From Escherichia phage vB_EcoM_G2540: a stretch of 64,000 nt of DNA. Both the position numbers and the translations under genes were made by a program. The notes beneath the pieces are model-generated. The model did not search any database, was not told where the DNA came from, and saw nothing but the letters and a program-made list of their open reading frames with translations. Shown one piece after another: positions 28,992-37,987 of this stretch. Location of the stretch: sequence record MK327936.1; one strand, given 5' to 3'. Each line of letters starts with the position of its first letter. The stretch's first letter is position 1.

Positions 28992-29209
28992 GTAACCTTT
29001 AAGCAGTATTCTTCTACATGCTGTTTACGACCTTTCTTATCAATAAAGGTATATTCAACGAATGTTCCAATGTAGTCTTTATCTACATCATGCGGACTAT
29101 TAATTGGACATTTAGTACGGCAAATGCGTTCCCATTGACGAATAATTACTGCCTTATTCTTTGGGTCATATGGATGTGGATAATGTATATTCATAATAAC
29201 GGTTCCCAA
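28982..29209 (-). CDS. Hypothetical small protein
   Basis: 75-aa ORF. Confidence 0.35.
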   Translation of the reverse strand: MGTVIMNIHYPHPYDPKNKAVIIRQWERICRTKCPINSPHDVDKDYIGTFVEYTFIDKKGRKQHVEEYCLKVTWL

Positions 29210-29658
29210 TCAACAATCACAATTTCTAATTTAGAGGAATATGTATCTAAAATCCCCTCAATAATATCCCAGTTCCCTTTACCTATGCCTGCACCAATCC
29301 TAGGCATATAGATTGTAGGTTTAATCAGTTTATTTTCACCAAACTCATTTAATTCTAACATACAATTCATTAAAGCGGAATACTCAAAATTTGGCCCTGG
29401 TTGAAATTGAGTATAAAGGTTGAAGCAATACGCTTTATGAGTCCTAAAATATTTTTCATAGACTGAGTAAGAACCGAGTTTAGTTACATCACCCCATTCA
29501 GTCTGTAATTTATCAGCTTCCAAAATTTTAGGGAAAGCTTTGGTTAATTGACCCGCTACGCCTGAACCCATAGTATGAAAACAATTGCATCCATGCGCAA
29601 TATTTTTACCTTCAGCGAAAAGGGCGACAATATCGCCCTTGATATATTTTACAATCAT
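29191..29658 (-). CDS. Macro-domain (ADP-ribose binding/processing) protein
   Basis: 155 aa; GCNCFHTMGSGVAGQ resembles macro-domain nucleotide-binding loop; T4 tk.4 position. Confidence 0.6.
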   Translation of the reverse strand: MIVKYIKGDIVALFAEGKNIAHGCNCFHTMGSGVAGQLTKAFPKILEADKLQTEWGDVTKLGSYSVYEKYFRTHKAYCFNLYTQFQPGPNFEYSALMNCMLELNEFGENKLIKPTIYMPRIGAGIGKGNWDIIEGILDTYSSKLEIVIVDWEPLL

Positions 29659-29996
29659 CTAGTACTCAATCCTCGATTATAAGAATCTACCAAACGGTCA
29701 ACCATTGAATGACAAGCGGCTTTATCTTTCTCCTCCGCAACTGAACATTCTAAGGTATTCCACTTTTTAGCATATCGTTTTAACAATGTATCATTTTTAT
29801 ATCTGCTTGATTTATCTCTTTCTCCGTCTTTATATGCATATATTAATTTCTGCGCAAATTCAGCTTGGCATGCTTTATTTTTCCCGCAATAATCCGCGGC
29901 AGTACGGTTTACATACTCTCTAATTTCAGTATATGATGTATCTGCTAACGCAGAAAATGAAATTAATCCTATACATAAAACCAAAATTTTAGTCAT
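29655..29996 (-). CDS. Secreted small protein (T4 vs position)
   Basis: 113 aa; N-terminal signal peptide MTKILVLCIGLISFSALA. Confidence 0.4.
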   Translation of the reverse strand: MTKILVLCIGLISFSALADTSYTEIREYVNRTAADYCGKNKACQAEFAQKLIYAYKDGERDKSSRYKNDTLLKRYAKKWNTLECSVAEEKDKAACHSMVDRLVDSYNRGLSTR

Positions 29997-30534
29997 TTAC
30001 TATTTCCAAAAGTTTATTATTTTTAAGGTAATTAGCCTTTTCTAGGACTTCAGAAGCATATTTAGAACCTGCTTTAACATTCCATCCCGAATTATAAGAG
30101 GATATTGCTTTTCTTATATCGCCCTTATGTATATTTAACCAATAAGAAAGTTCAATGTACGCCCAGGAAGCTGAATTGGACCGTTTATTCAACATTCTTT
30201 TTATTTCTGCATCGGTCATATTATAACCAAGTTCCTTAACTCTTGCTCGCATAGTAGGCAAATAATTTTGGAACATTCCGTAGGCGTGATGCTTTGGTTT
30301 AGATTTTAAATTAACTCCGCCAGAGCTTTCTTGCCATAAAATAGCAGCCATTATATGACCTAATCCGCTCTTATGGATATTTTTGTGTGTTTTATATTTT
30401 CCATCCTTAGAAAATTGTTCCCCGAATTGATACGCGTAACGCATGTTATCGAGTTGGACATTACTGAAAGTATGCTCGGAGCTATGTGCCATCATTGAAA
30501 TGGCCAATAGACCAGCGAGTAGTGCTTTTCTCAT
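29989..30534 (-). CDS. Secreted lytic-transglycosylase-like protein
   Basis: 181 aa; signal peptide; WQESSGG and YGMFQ motifs reminiscent of SLT domains. Confidence 0.45.
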   Translation of the reverse strand: MRKALLAGLLAISMMAHSSEHTFSNVQLDNMRYAYQFGEQFSKDGKYKTHKNIHKSGLGHIMAAILWQESSGGVNLKSKPKHHAYGMFQNYLPTMRARVKELGYNMTDAEIKRMLNKRSNSASWAYIELSYWLNIHKGDIRKAISSYNSGWNVKAGSKYASEVLEKANYLKNNKLLEIVND

Positions 30535-30541
30535 GCTTACC

Positions 30542-31003
30542 TCATTGAGTTTTAATTACTGCTTTAGAAGCCTTTCCTGGTAAACGACGACTGTTGATAA
30601 TTGCCATCCTGCATTGAAGTGACGGGTTTTTGAACTTCTCATTAGGCTTACAAACCGTAAATCCAAGCCAAAGATTTCCATCTGTGATTTCTAAACGTCC
30701 AGGACGATATTCAACCCCATCAATAAAATCCTCGTCAATGTCAGGACGCGGAGGCATACTCAGGAATTCATTAACTTCTAAAACATGGTCTTTTATTTTA
30801 TGGAATAATTCAAAAACATATGTCTCATCAATCTCCCGTTGAATTGCACGATCAAGAAGATGCTGAGAATATTTTAGATGAAACGATGAGACTCCTGCTG
30901 CTTTTGATGCCTCACGAATCTCATTGTTAATTTGACGAAACTCCGACTCAAAGTGACGACGAAGCTTATTTCGACGGATAAAAACTTCTGTATTGATAGT
31001 CAT
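30542..31003 (-). CDS. regB: Endoribonuclease RegB
   Basis: 153 aa; size and position match T4 RegB; early promoter upstream. Confidence 0.8.
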   Translation of the reverse strand: MTINTEVFIRRNKLRRHFESEFRQINNEIREASKAAGVSSFHLKYSQHLLDRAIQREIDETYVFELFHKIKDHVLEVNEFLSMPPRPDIDEDFIDGVEYRPGRLEITDGNLWLGFTVCKPNEKFKNPSLQCRMAIINSRRLPGKASKAVIKTQ

Positions 31004-31030
31004 GTTATTCTCCTCTTAACTGATAGAAAA

Positions 31031-31061
31031 ATTATACCACAGTCAAGAGGAAAAGTAAACA
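31031..31061 (-). promoter_or_regulatory. T4-type early promoter upstream of regB
   Basis: GTTTACT-18-TATAAT on minus strand. Confidence 0.5.
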
Positions 31062-31062
31062 G

Positions 31063-31650
31063 TTATTCTTTAAATCTAATCAATTTATTCATAGACTTTG
31101 AAACTTCTGCACGAACCTCATGTAAGTTTTTAAGCTGTTCAAGACGCTGCTCATAGTAAGCAATTTCATCTTCTTCGAGACAGTCCTGTGAATCTTCTTT
31201 AAGATAACGTGCATAGTCCTGAAAAGCTTTACGGACTACTTCCTGGAAGTCATCAAGACTTTGAATTTTCTTAGGAGCGGCAGATACACGACGAGGTGCA
31301 GTATAATACTCATAACCAAACCCTGCACTTAATTGAGCCATTAGTATTTTTCCTCTGGTTGGAATATCGCTGATGTCAGGAACTTCAGTATCTTTTATAC
31401 TAAACCCACGTTTTAAGCATTCCGTTATAATGTCTGATTGACGCTTTCGCAAAAATTCTAACTTATCGTAAAAGAACGTAACATGACCAGAGCCTAAAAT
31501 AAACTCGGAAGATATTTTAAAATCTTTAACCCGCTTACCATTTGCCACATGTTTACGAACTATACCAAAAACACGCGGCAATTCACGATACTCAGCCATA
31601 AGATGTTGGTCGGTCAGTTCAGAAACAAGTGTTAAATTGATACGAGTCAT
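31063..31650 (-). CDS. denV: Endonuclease V (pyrimidine-dimer glycosylase) homolog with extended divergent C-terminus
   Basis: [12 protein letters not shown]...[13 protein letters not shown] matches recalled T4 EndoV for about 100 aa; then diverges and continues to 195 aa. Confidence 0.7.
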   Translation of the reverse strand: MTRINLTLVSELTDQHLMAEYRELPRVFGIVRKHVANGKRVKDFKISSEFILGSGHVTFFYDKLEFLRKRQSDIITECLKRGFSIKDTEVPDISDIPTRGKILMAQLSAGFGYEYYTAPRRVSAAPKKIQSLDDFQEVVRKAFQDYARYLKEDSQDCLEEDEIAYYEQRLEQLKNLHEVRAEVSKSMNKLIRFKE

Positions 31651-31687
31651 AATTTCCTCCAAGTAGTTGATGAATGTATAGTATCAA

Positions 31688-31708
31688 AGTCCTTGGAGGA
31701 AGTAAACA

Positions 31709-31717
<9 letters not shown>
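31688..31717 (-). promoter_or_regulatory. T4-type early promoter upstream of denV
   Basis: GTTTACT-17-TACTAT then ACATTCATCAACTAC leader and GGAGGA. Confidence 0.55.
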
Positions 31718-32511
<794 letters not shown>

Positions 32512-32967
32512 TTAAAAGAGGCTGTTCATTATTCGGTAAAGTGAAGGACCCATCACATATTGCCACTGAGTACGAGGAATAAGAGCAAAAGCATCCATCT
32601 CTGGAATCATAATACCATCTTTATTTTCAAAATAAGACTCGCAATGGCAATTTCTAAACATCTCATGCTCTACTGGAATCGTATAATAAAACAGCTGTAA
32701 GTCTTTATTACTAGAATATTTAAATACACCTAGGTCTTCTAGAAGGTCTGGATTATAATTGCTAAAACCGGTCTCTTCTAAGCATTCTCTTCGTGCTGCA
32801 TCTAGTGCGCTCAAATCAGAATTTTCTACACGGCCTTTTGGAATATCCCAGCGATGTGCCATCATTCCAGGCTTACGAGAACCAGTAACCCGTCCCATGA
32901 ATAAATCTTTATCTTCTGTCATAAAGATAATACCAGCTGATAATGTTTTCATTTTAATTTCCTGCAT
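32512..32967 (-). CDS. nudE: Nudix hydrolase
   Basis: 151 aa; Nudix box region RRECLEETG. Confidence 0.8.
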   Translation of the reverse strand: MQEIKMKTLSAGIIFMTEDKDLFMGRVTGSRKPGMMAHRWDIPKGRVENSDLSALDAARRECLEETGFSNYNPDLLEDLGVFKYSSNKDLQLFYYTIPVEHEMFRNCHCESYFENKDGIMIPEMDAFALIPRTQWQYVMGPSLYRIMNSLF

Positions 32968-33437
32968 TCGGTGATAAAATTATTTAAATTTTGAGTATAT
33001 TTCTTTTCATCAAAAATCTTTTGCTGCCTACGTAAACGCCATGGCATTTCAATGAACGTGTACCATATCCCAGATAATATTGCTGCTGTAAAAATATTAA
33101 CAAGTATGGTTAAAATAATCCAATCTCCCGTTCTGTCTACTGGACTTTCTCCAAAGAAGCAAAATATAAATGATGTCACAGGAAAACTAATAATATACCA
33201 CAGAATCATAATCTTATCTGTGAACCAATCAGTGTTCGTTAATTTAGCGCGACCATTATGAATACACACGAATTTATCATCTGTTGCAGTAGATGGCTTA
33301 ACTGGTTGATATCCCATTCTAAACTCCCTAATCAGCAAATTTTTCATATCTTCGGAACAGCCATTCCAGTCAACTCTATCAACTGAAATGCCATCATCCC
33401 CATCATCTAAATCATACCAGCGAGTTTTTAAAATCAT
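32949..33437 (-). CDS. Two-TM membrane protein (tandem array member)
   Basis: 162 aa; two hydrophobic helices; C-terminal FITECRKLK. Confidence 0.45.
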   Translation of the reverse strand: MILKTRWYDLDDGDDGISVDRVDWNGCSEDMKNLLIREFRMGYQPVKPSTATDDKFVCIHNGRAKLTNTDWFTDKIMILWYIISFPVTSFIFCFFGESPVDRTGDWIILTILVNIFTAAILSGIWYTFIEMPWRLRRQQKIFDEKKYTQNLNNFITECRKLK

Positions 33438-33808
33438 TTGATTTTCCTACAATCATTCACGAATTCTTTCATTGATTCATTTTCAATATAAGACATGTAG
33501 TTATTATATTCTTTTAATTGTATTTTGTAATCCTTTTTTCTTTGCCAATTTATTTTAAAATTATCATAATGAAAATATAAAATAATACCAAAGAATGAAA
33601 ATAATGAAATCGCTATAGTATAATGAAGTTCACTCCAAACTTCTATTATATCTACTATACCGCTGACATTACTGCGGATGTTTAAAATAATACAATCAAT
33701 CATTAATCCAATAAGACTACCAGCAAGAGCTGCAGCCAACGCCACAGCAAAAATTAAAAATGACTCAGGAAGCGAATATTTGACTTTATTTAGTTTTGGC
33801 TTTTGCAT
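33434..33808 (-). CDS. Two-TM membrane protein (tandem array member)
   Basis: 124 aa; two hydrophobic helices; C-terminal FVNDCRKIK. Confidence 0.45.
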   Translation of the reverse strand: MQKPKLNKVKYSLPESFLIFAVALAAALAGSLIGLMIDCIILNIRSNVSGIVDIIEVWSELHYTIAISLFSFFGIILYFHYDNFKINWQRKKDYKIQLKEYNNYMSYIENESMKEFVNDCRKIK

Positions 33809-34182
33809 CGTGATTCCTTAACAAATTTCATAATTTCATCAAATTCATACGCAGCAAGTTTAAGCTGGTGTTCCTTTTTAATCTTTTCACACTGTGCTTT
33901 CCAATCACGTACGCGTTTACGATAATGTCTTCCTTGATACCAGTATCCTACCCAATTTACAGGTACTAATAAAAGTGGAACTATTAATGGAAGAATTAGC
34001 ATTAATACAAGTATTTCGCCAGAATCAATATCAGTCATAACATCTAAAACACCTCCAATAATCAATAGAATTACAAATGATATGAGTATAACAGGACCTA
34101 TTAATACATCAGTAGAAATTATCTGACGCTTTAATTCATACTTTAAGGGTTTACTTGGAAGATACATTGATGGCTTTGACAT
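33790..34182 (-). CDS. Two-TM membrane protein (tandem array member)
   Basis: 130 aa; two hydrophobic helices; C-terminal FVKESRCK. Confidence 0.45.
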   Translation of the reverse strand: MSKPSMYLPSKPLKYELKRQIISTDVLIGPVILISFVILLIIGGVLDVMTDIDSGEILVLMLILPLIVPLLLVPVNWVGYWYQGRHYRKRVRDWKAQCEKIKKEHQLKLAAYEFDEIMKFVKESRCKSQN

Positions 34183-34756
34183 ATTCTCTGCATTCCTTCA
34201 CAAATTTTTCTAGTAATAAATCGCTTTCAAAATTGGGATTTTCCACGAATTTATCAAAAAGATCATCAACAATAGTTAAGATATTCTTTTTACTAAGAAT
34301 ACGTTTATTTTCATGCTTCGTTTCAGAATCAACTATAAGAGTAAAGAAATATTTCTTTCCCTGAAATTTTACCGTAGTATCAATATAAAATAAATTTGAC
34401 TTTTGTAAATTACGTTTAAACCATGCGTCACTTAAACTATAAACGCCAAGATAATCATAATCGTCGTTTAAATAACAAACTGTCCATTCAGGAGAAATGA
34501 AATCAGTAAATTCAACATCAAAATCACACGTCAATGAATGAATTGATTCAATGCTTTTAATGAGTATTCCAGGACGTATTAAAGACTTTTTACCTTTATA
34601 AAATCCAGAAAGACTTTCATCAGTTTCATATGAAGACCCCCAATAGTAATTACGTCCTTCTGCCATACGTTTAAGAGCATTTAGTAATTGATCTGGAACA
34701 TCAACCTGTCTTTGGAACTCTTCAAACATTGAATTGAAATCACTTTGCATTTTCAT
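34151..34756 (-). CDS. Hypothetical soluble protein upstream of the membrane-protein array
   Basis: 201 aa; C-terminal FVKECREY; 32-nt overlap with next gene. Confidence 0.45.
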   Translation of the reverse strand: MKMQSDFNSMFEEFQRQVDVPDQLLNALKRMAEGRNYYWGSSYETDESLSGFYKGKKSLIRPGILIKSIESIHSLTCDFDVEFTDFISPEWTVCYLNDDYDYLGVYSLSDAWFKRNLQKSNLFYIDTTVKFQGKKYFFTLIVDSETKHENKRILSKKNILTIVDDLFDKFVENPNFESDLLLEKFVKECREYVKAINVSSK

Positions 34757-34776
34757 TCCTATTTACTCCAAGTAAT

Positions 34777-34792
34777 AGGGGCCGAAGCCCCT
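34777..34792 (-). terminator. Putative hairpin terminator (AGGGGC-TTCG-GCCCCT)
   Basis: Perfect stem with tetraloop; weak T-run. Confidence 0.35.
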
Positions 34793-34797
34793 TATCA

Positions 34798-35391
34798 TTA
34801 TTTCAGAGAATTAATGTATTCCTGAACATCGGCAGAGGTAGTTTCAACCCCAGAAATATTGCCATTAAAGGTTTCAACTCGAGCAAGAGTATCTTCAATA
34901 TCAACCTTAGTCAGTGCTGCAATTTCAACTACATCATCAGCAGTACTAATTCCGAGGGCATTCGCAGCACGAGTTTCACGGATATATTCCAATTTAACTG
35001 CAAGTTCTTGGCGAGCATCATCTAACTCAACTACTTTCTTGGCGATTTCAATTCGCATTTCAGCATAACCATCAGCTTTAGTAGTCAACTGCTCAGCTGT
35101 TCGACGATATAGTAAACCAAGTTTAGCATGCATTGTTACATCTTGACCTTCGGAAAGAAGCTTGCGAATTTCGCGCTCTTTTGATTCGGCTTGTCGATTC
35201 TTTTCGACAATAAGTTCACGAATACGTTTTTCTTCATTAATAGATTTAACGGAAGCAGTTTTTAGGTCTTTAATCTTATCAAGTAGTTTTGCTGCCGCAG
35301 CGGTATACTGCTCTTCAACAGATAGATTTTTAGCCATAGCAGAACCAAGTTTAGTGCGAATAAACTCAACAATTTTCTTCAGTGTGTTCAT
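34798..35391 (-). CDS. Coiled-coil protein
   Basis: 197 aa, predominantly helical/charged heptad-like sequence. Confidence 0.4.
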   Translation of the reverse strand: MNTLKKIVEFIRTKLGSAMAKNLSVEEQYTAAAAKLLDKIKDLKTASVKSINEEKRIRELIVEKNRQAESKEREIRKLLSEGQDVTMHAKLGLLYRRTAEQLTTKADGYAEMRIEIAKKVVELDDARQELAVKLEYIRETRAANALGISTADDVVEIAALTKVDIEDTLARVETFNGNISGVETTSADVQEYINSLK

Positions 35392-35434
35392 AGTATTTCC
35401 TTAGGTTAATTAAGATTTAAAATCCACGAGAGTA

Positions 35435-35611
35435 TTATACTCCGGATAGTTTGTAAACTATTTCAACATCGCCTTTTGCTGCTTTATAACCTTCAGCCCA
35501 AGATACAACCGAGTTTTTATCTGAAGATTCAAATTCTGGCATTGGGCTTTCGCCAATGTTCACGCAGTATGTTTCTTCATTTTCGTCAAACCAAATAATT
35601 AAAGTAGTCAT
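35435..35611 (-). CDS. Small ORF below the ORF-track cutoff
   Basis: My translation gives MTTLIIWFDENEETYCVNIGESPMPEF..., 58 aa, ATG at 35611. Confidence 0.3.
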   Translation of the reverse strand: MTTLIIWFDENEETYCVNIGESPMPEFESSDKNSVVSWAEGYKAAKGDVEIVYKLSGV

Positions 35612-35680
35612 TTATTTCTCCGTTTTCTGTATTTGTTTTGATAAGTCTATAATAACACCGTCCTTGGTATTTGTACACAA

Positions 35681-35956
35681 TTATTTCATATTATTGAAAT
35701 ATTCTTCTGCGATTTCATCGTTATCATGGTAAACTTTAGAAGACAGTTTAACATAACCTTCAGCAGTGAACATGTTAATCACAACCTTTACAGTATACCA
35801 CTGACCGTCTTCATTACCCATTACTGCATAAGTTTCAAACATCGGATGGTCAGGACCGATAACTTTAATATCATTCACTGTACGACCAAAATCTTCTGAA
35901 ACACATTTCATAAAGAAGTTGAACAGTTCGCCGTAATTATCCATTTCATTCTCCAA
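35681..35956 (-). CDS. Hypothetical small protein
   Basis: 91-aa ORF directly after early promoter 35988..36017. Confidence 0.4.
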   Translation of the reverse strand: MENEMDNYGELFNFFMKCVSEDFGRTVNDIKVIGPDHPMFETYAVMGNEDGQWYTVKVVINMFTAEGYVKLSSKVYHDNDEIAEEYFNNMK

Positions 35957-35987
35957 GTTGTTTTCTGTATCAGTAGTTGATAGTTGT

Positions 35988-36017
35988 ATAGTACCATGGA
36001 AGAACAGGGATGTAAAC
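35988..36017 (-). promoter_or_regulatory. T4-type early promoter
   Basis: TTTTTTCACAAAACTGTTTACA-17-TACTAT-ACAACTATCAACTAC. Confidence 0.6.
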
Positions 36018-36150
36018 AGTTTTGTGAAAAAATTTTAAAAAGTTTTGGGGAATTCTAGGGCAGGGAGGGGCAATTAAAGGATAGGATAATATATTATAAA
36101 GGGTAGAAACTAAATGATGCCTAGAGAGGCCCGGAAAGGCCTAGATACCA

Positions 36151-36180
36151 AAAAGCCCCAACCTTTCGGTCGGGGCTAAG
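36151..36180 (-). terminator. Rho-independent terminator (copy 1 of identical 30-bp element)
   Basis: Minus strand AGCCCCGACC-GAAA-GGTTGGGGCT followed by TTTT; downstream of internal-protein gene. Confidence 0.7.
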
Positions 36181-36184
36181 AATG

Positions 36185-36658
36185 TTATTTGATTTGTTTA
36201 GCAGACCAAATGCGGTCTTTAATAATTTTTTGAATGTCTTCAACATACTCTAGGTCATGAGCATGTGGATTATCTTTGAAACTATGAGCTCGCGCAAGTT
36301 TCTGGCCTTCGGTCTTAATTATCAAAAGTTCTTTAAGAATTGCTTCATACCTGGAGATAATTCCTTTAGCAATATTTTTTTCTTGTGCTGCTTTAGTGTC
36401 AGCCTTAGGAGCAGGTTTACCTGAAGCCTTTGCAAAAGCAGCTCCAGTAGCAACTAAACTTTTCCAAGCCATACTAACTGCATTCCCTGTAAATCCTTCG
36501 GCTTTCATATCACGAGCAAATTGGAATCGTGATTCATCGGAAGCATCTTTATAGGAATATTTACCCGCGGCAATGGCAGCTTTTGCGACAGCTTGAATTT
36601 CGGTGCTAGATGCTTCATTTAACACCGCTTCATTTAAAAATTGAGCATATGATTTCAT
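36185..36658 (-). CDS. Internal-protein-like protein with capsid-targeting N-terminus
   Basis: 157 aa; starts MKSYAQFLNE like T4 IP targeting peptides; Ala/Lys-rich; late promoter TATAAATA upstream; flanked by identical terminators. Confidence 0.55.
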   Translation of the reverse strand: MKSYAQFLNEAVLNEASSTEIQAVAKAAIAAGKYSYKDASDESRFQFARDMKAEGFTGNAVSMAWKSLVATGAAFAKASGKPAPKADTKAAQEKNIAKGIISRYEAILKELLIIKTEGQKLARAHSFKDNPHAHDLEYVEDIQKIIKDRIWSAKQIK

Positions 36659-36694
36659 CTTATTTCCTGTTTTAATTCGTGGTTTTAATATACT

Positions 36695-36702
36695 TATTTA
36701 TA
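36695..36702 (-). promoter_or_regulatory. Late promoter (TATAAATA) for internal-protein gene
   Basis: Reverse complement of tatttata about 30 nt upstream of ATG 36658. Confidence 0.5.
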
Positions 36703-36705
36703 CTA

Positions 36706-36735
36706 AAAAGCCCCAACCTTTCGGTCGGGGCTAAG
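36706..36735 (-). terminator. Rho-independent terminator (copy 2) ending the tRNA operon
   Basis: 30 bp identical to 36151..36180; hairpin plus T-run on minus strand. Confidence 0.7.
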
Positions 36736-36784
36736 CCTTGCGGCAACCTTGTTGGGGTTCCACCTGCTAAGGCAAGTGTTTGTA

Positions 36785-36940
36785 CGAAACGCCGGGATTC
36801 GAACCCGGTTATTAAGTAGTTGACGCTACTCAATATTTTTAAAAGGCCATATCTCGACCATATCCGAACGTTCCGTCAAAAACGCTACTCGGCTTACGGC
36901 AAAGATATTTCCTCGAATCGATAATTCGGTGCGCCGTTTC
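36785..36940 (-). ncRNA. Putative stable tRNA-like RNA (T4 species-1/2-type)
   Basis: T-arm-like CCGGG-TTCGAAT-CCCGG and a 6-bp terminal pairing but no complete cloverleaf; within the tRNA operon before the terminator. Confidence 0.3.
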
Positions 36941-36944
36941 TGCT

Positions 36945-37043
36945 GTGATAGTAAAGAATCAGAACACAGTAAAACTGTGGGAGAAACTATACTCCAGGGA
37001 ACATCAGTCCGACGACTTACCGGTAGCGACCCGGTTTCTTGTC
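36945..37043 (-). ncRNA. Putative second stable RNA between tRNA-Arg and the tRNA-like RNA
   Basis: Non-coding interval inside tRNA operon; T4 encodes two stable RNAs here; boundaries approximate. Confidence 0.25.
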
Positions 37044-37119
37044 TGGTCGAGGCAGTAGGGATCGAACCTACGACCCAGGACTTAGAAGGTCCTTGCTCTT
37101 CCTTCTGAGCTATGCCCCG
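37044..37119 (-). tRNA. tRNA-Arg (anticodon TCT), CCA encoded
   Basis: Manual fold: acceptor CGGGGCA/TGCCTCG, D-arm GCTC..GAGC, anticodon loop CTTCTAA, T-arm GTAGG-TTCGATC-CCTAC. Confidence 0.75.
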
Positions 37120-37122
37120 TAA

Positions 37123-37788
37123 TTAAAATTTCATTTTTCGACCTTTAAACCATCCTTCTGGAATTGGGTCAGTTTTCTTAATAAGTTTAGAAACTTTTTC
37201 ATCTAATGAATGAATCCACATCATACCAAATTGGGAATTCTTTTCGCCTTGTTGGTGTTTATTTCTGGCGTGAGATTCTTTCATTTTATTAATAGTTTCA
37301 AGAGTATGGGTCTTACCCAAGAAAGATTTAGTATTTAAAAATTTCTCTCTATACTTAGGATTATCCCAAAGCTGTTTAAACCTTTCTGAACCCATTTTAC
37401 GATATTTTTCTTTAAGGTCTGGGTCGTTCTCAAATCTGGTTTTAAAAGCGGCAGCTCCTTTTAAGGAAGCTTCTTTCTTTTTATCCAAATATTCTTTAGT
37501 GTTTAAATGGTCCCAACCACCTTCACCACCTAATTTCAAATTATAAACATCAGGGCGCTTTAAAAACTCTTCAGTCACAATATTCTTTTCTGACTCAAAC
37601 ATAGAGGTTTTATCGTCAAAGAACTCTAATATTTCTTTAGAAAAATTTTCTATACCATACTTATCTTGGGCTCTTTTTAATAATTTACCAGAACCCATAT
37701 ATCCATCATCTAAATTTTCGGTAGAATGCACACCAATATAAATTTTATTATTAATTTTATTTGTTATTTTATAAGTGTAATGGAACAT
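37123..37788 (-). CDS. segB: GIY-YIG homing endonuclease SegB
   Basis: 221 aa; YTYKITNKINNKIYIGVHS GIY-YIG motif; embedded in tRNA cluster as in T4. Confidence 0.8.
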   Translation of the reverse strand: MFHYTYKITNKINNKIYIGVHSTENLDDGYMGSGKLLKRAQDKYGIENFSKEILEFFDDKTSMFESEKNIVTEEFLKRPDVYNLKLGGEGGWDHLNTKEYLDKKKEASLKGAAAFKTRFENDPDLKEKYRKMGSERFKQLWDNPKYREKFLNTKSFLGKTHTLETINKMKESHARNKHQQGEKNSQFGMMWIHSLDEKVSKLIKKTDPIPEGWFKGRKMKF

Positions 37789-37829
37789 AAATATCTCCTA
37801 TTTCTAAGAGTATTTATGTTCCCAAAATA

Positions 37830-37901
37830 TGGCCCTGGGTGGAATTGAACCACCATCTGGCGATTATGAGTCGCTTGCTTGAACCTTCCAGCTACAGGGC
37901 C
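37830..37901 (-). tRNA. tRNA with CAT anticodon (T4 tRNA-Ile-type; Ile via lysidine, or Met)
   Basis: Manual fold: acceptor GGCCCTG/CAGGGCC, anticodon loop CTCATAA, T-arm GGTGG-TTCAATT-CCACC. Confidence 0.75.
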
Positions 37902-37907
37902 TTGATA

Positions 37908-37980
37908 TGCTGATTGACGGAATCGAACCGCCGACATCCTCATTACAAGTGAGTTGCTCTACCTACTGAGCTAAATCAGC
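37908..37980 (-). tRNA. tRNA-Thr (TGT)
   Basis: Manual fold: acceptor GCTGATT/AATCAGC, D-arm GCTC-AGTAGGTA-GAGC, anticodon loop CTTGTAA, T-arm GGCGG-TTCGATT-CCGTC. Confidence 0.8.
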
Positions 37981-37987
37981 GAAATTA

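Noticed and set aside
32949-34756. Shared C-terminal F-x-E-C-R-K tail as evidence of a protein family signature
   Set aside because: For the one junction I checked in the DNA, the codons of the motif form the Shine-Dalgarno and start region of the overlapping downstream gene, so the conservation may be at the nucleotide level (translational coupling). Reported only as a coupled array.
34798-35391. PspA/IM30-like membrane-stress protein
   Set aside because: Only a generic coiled-coil composition is visible; no specific motif supports the assignment, so it is left as a coiled-coil hypothetical.
36785-37043. Additional canonical tRNA genes downstream of tRNA-Arg
   Set aside because: A T-arm-like element is present, but I could not fold a complete cloverleaf with a 7-bp acceptor stem and anticodon arm. 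I annotated the region as putative stable RNAs at low confidence instead.
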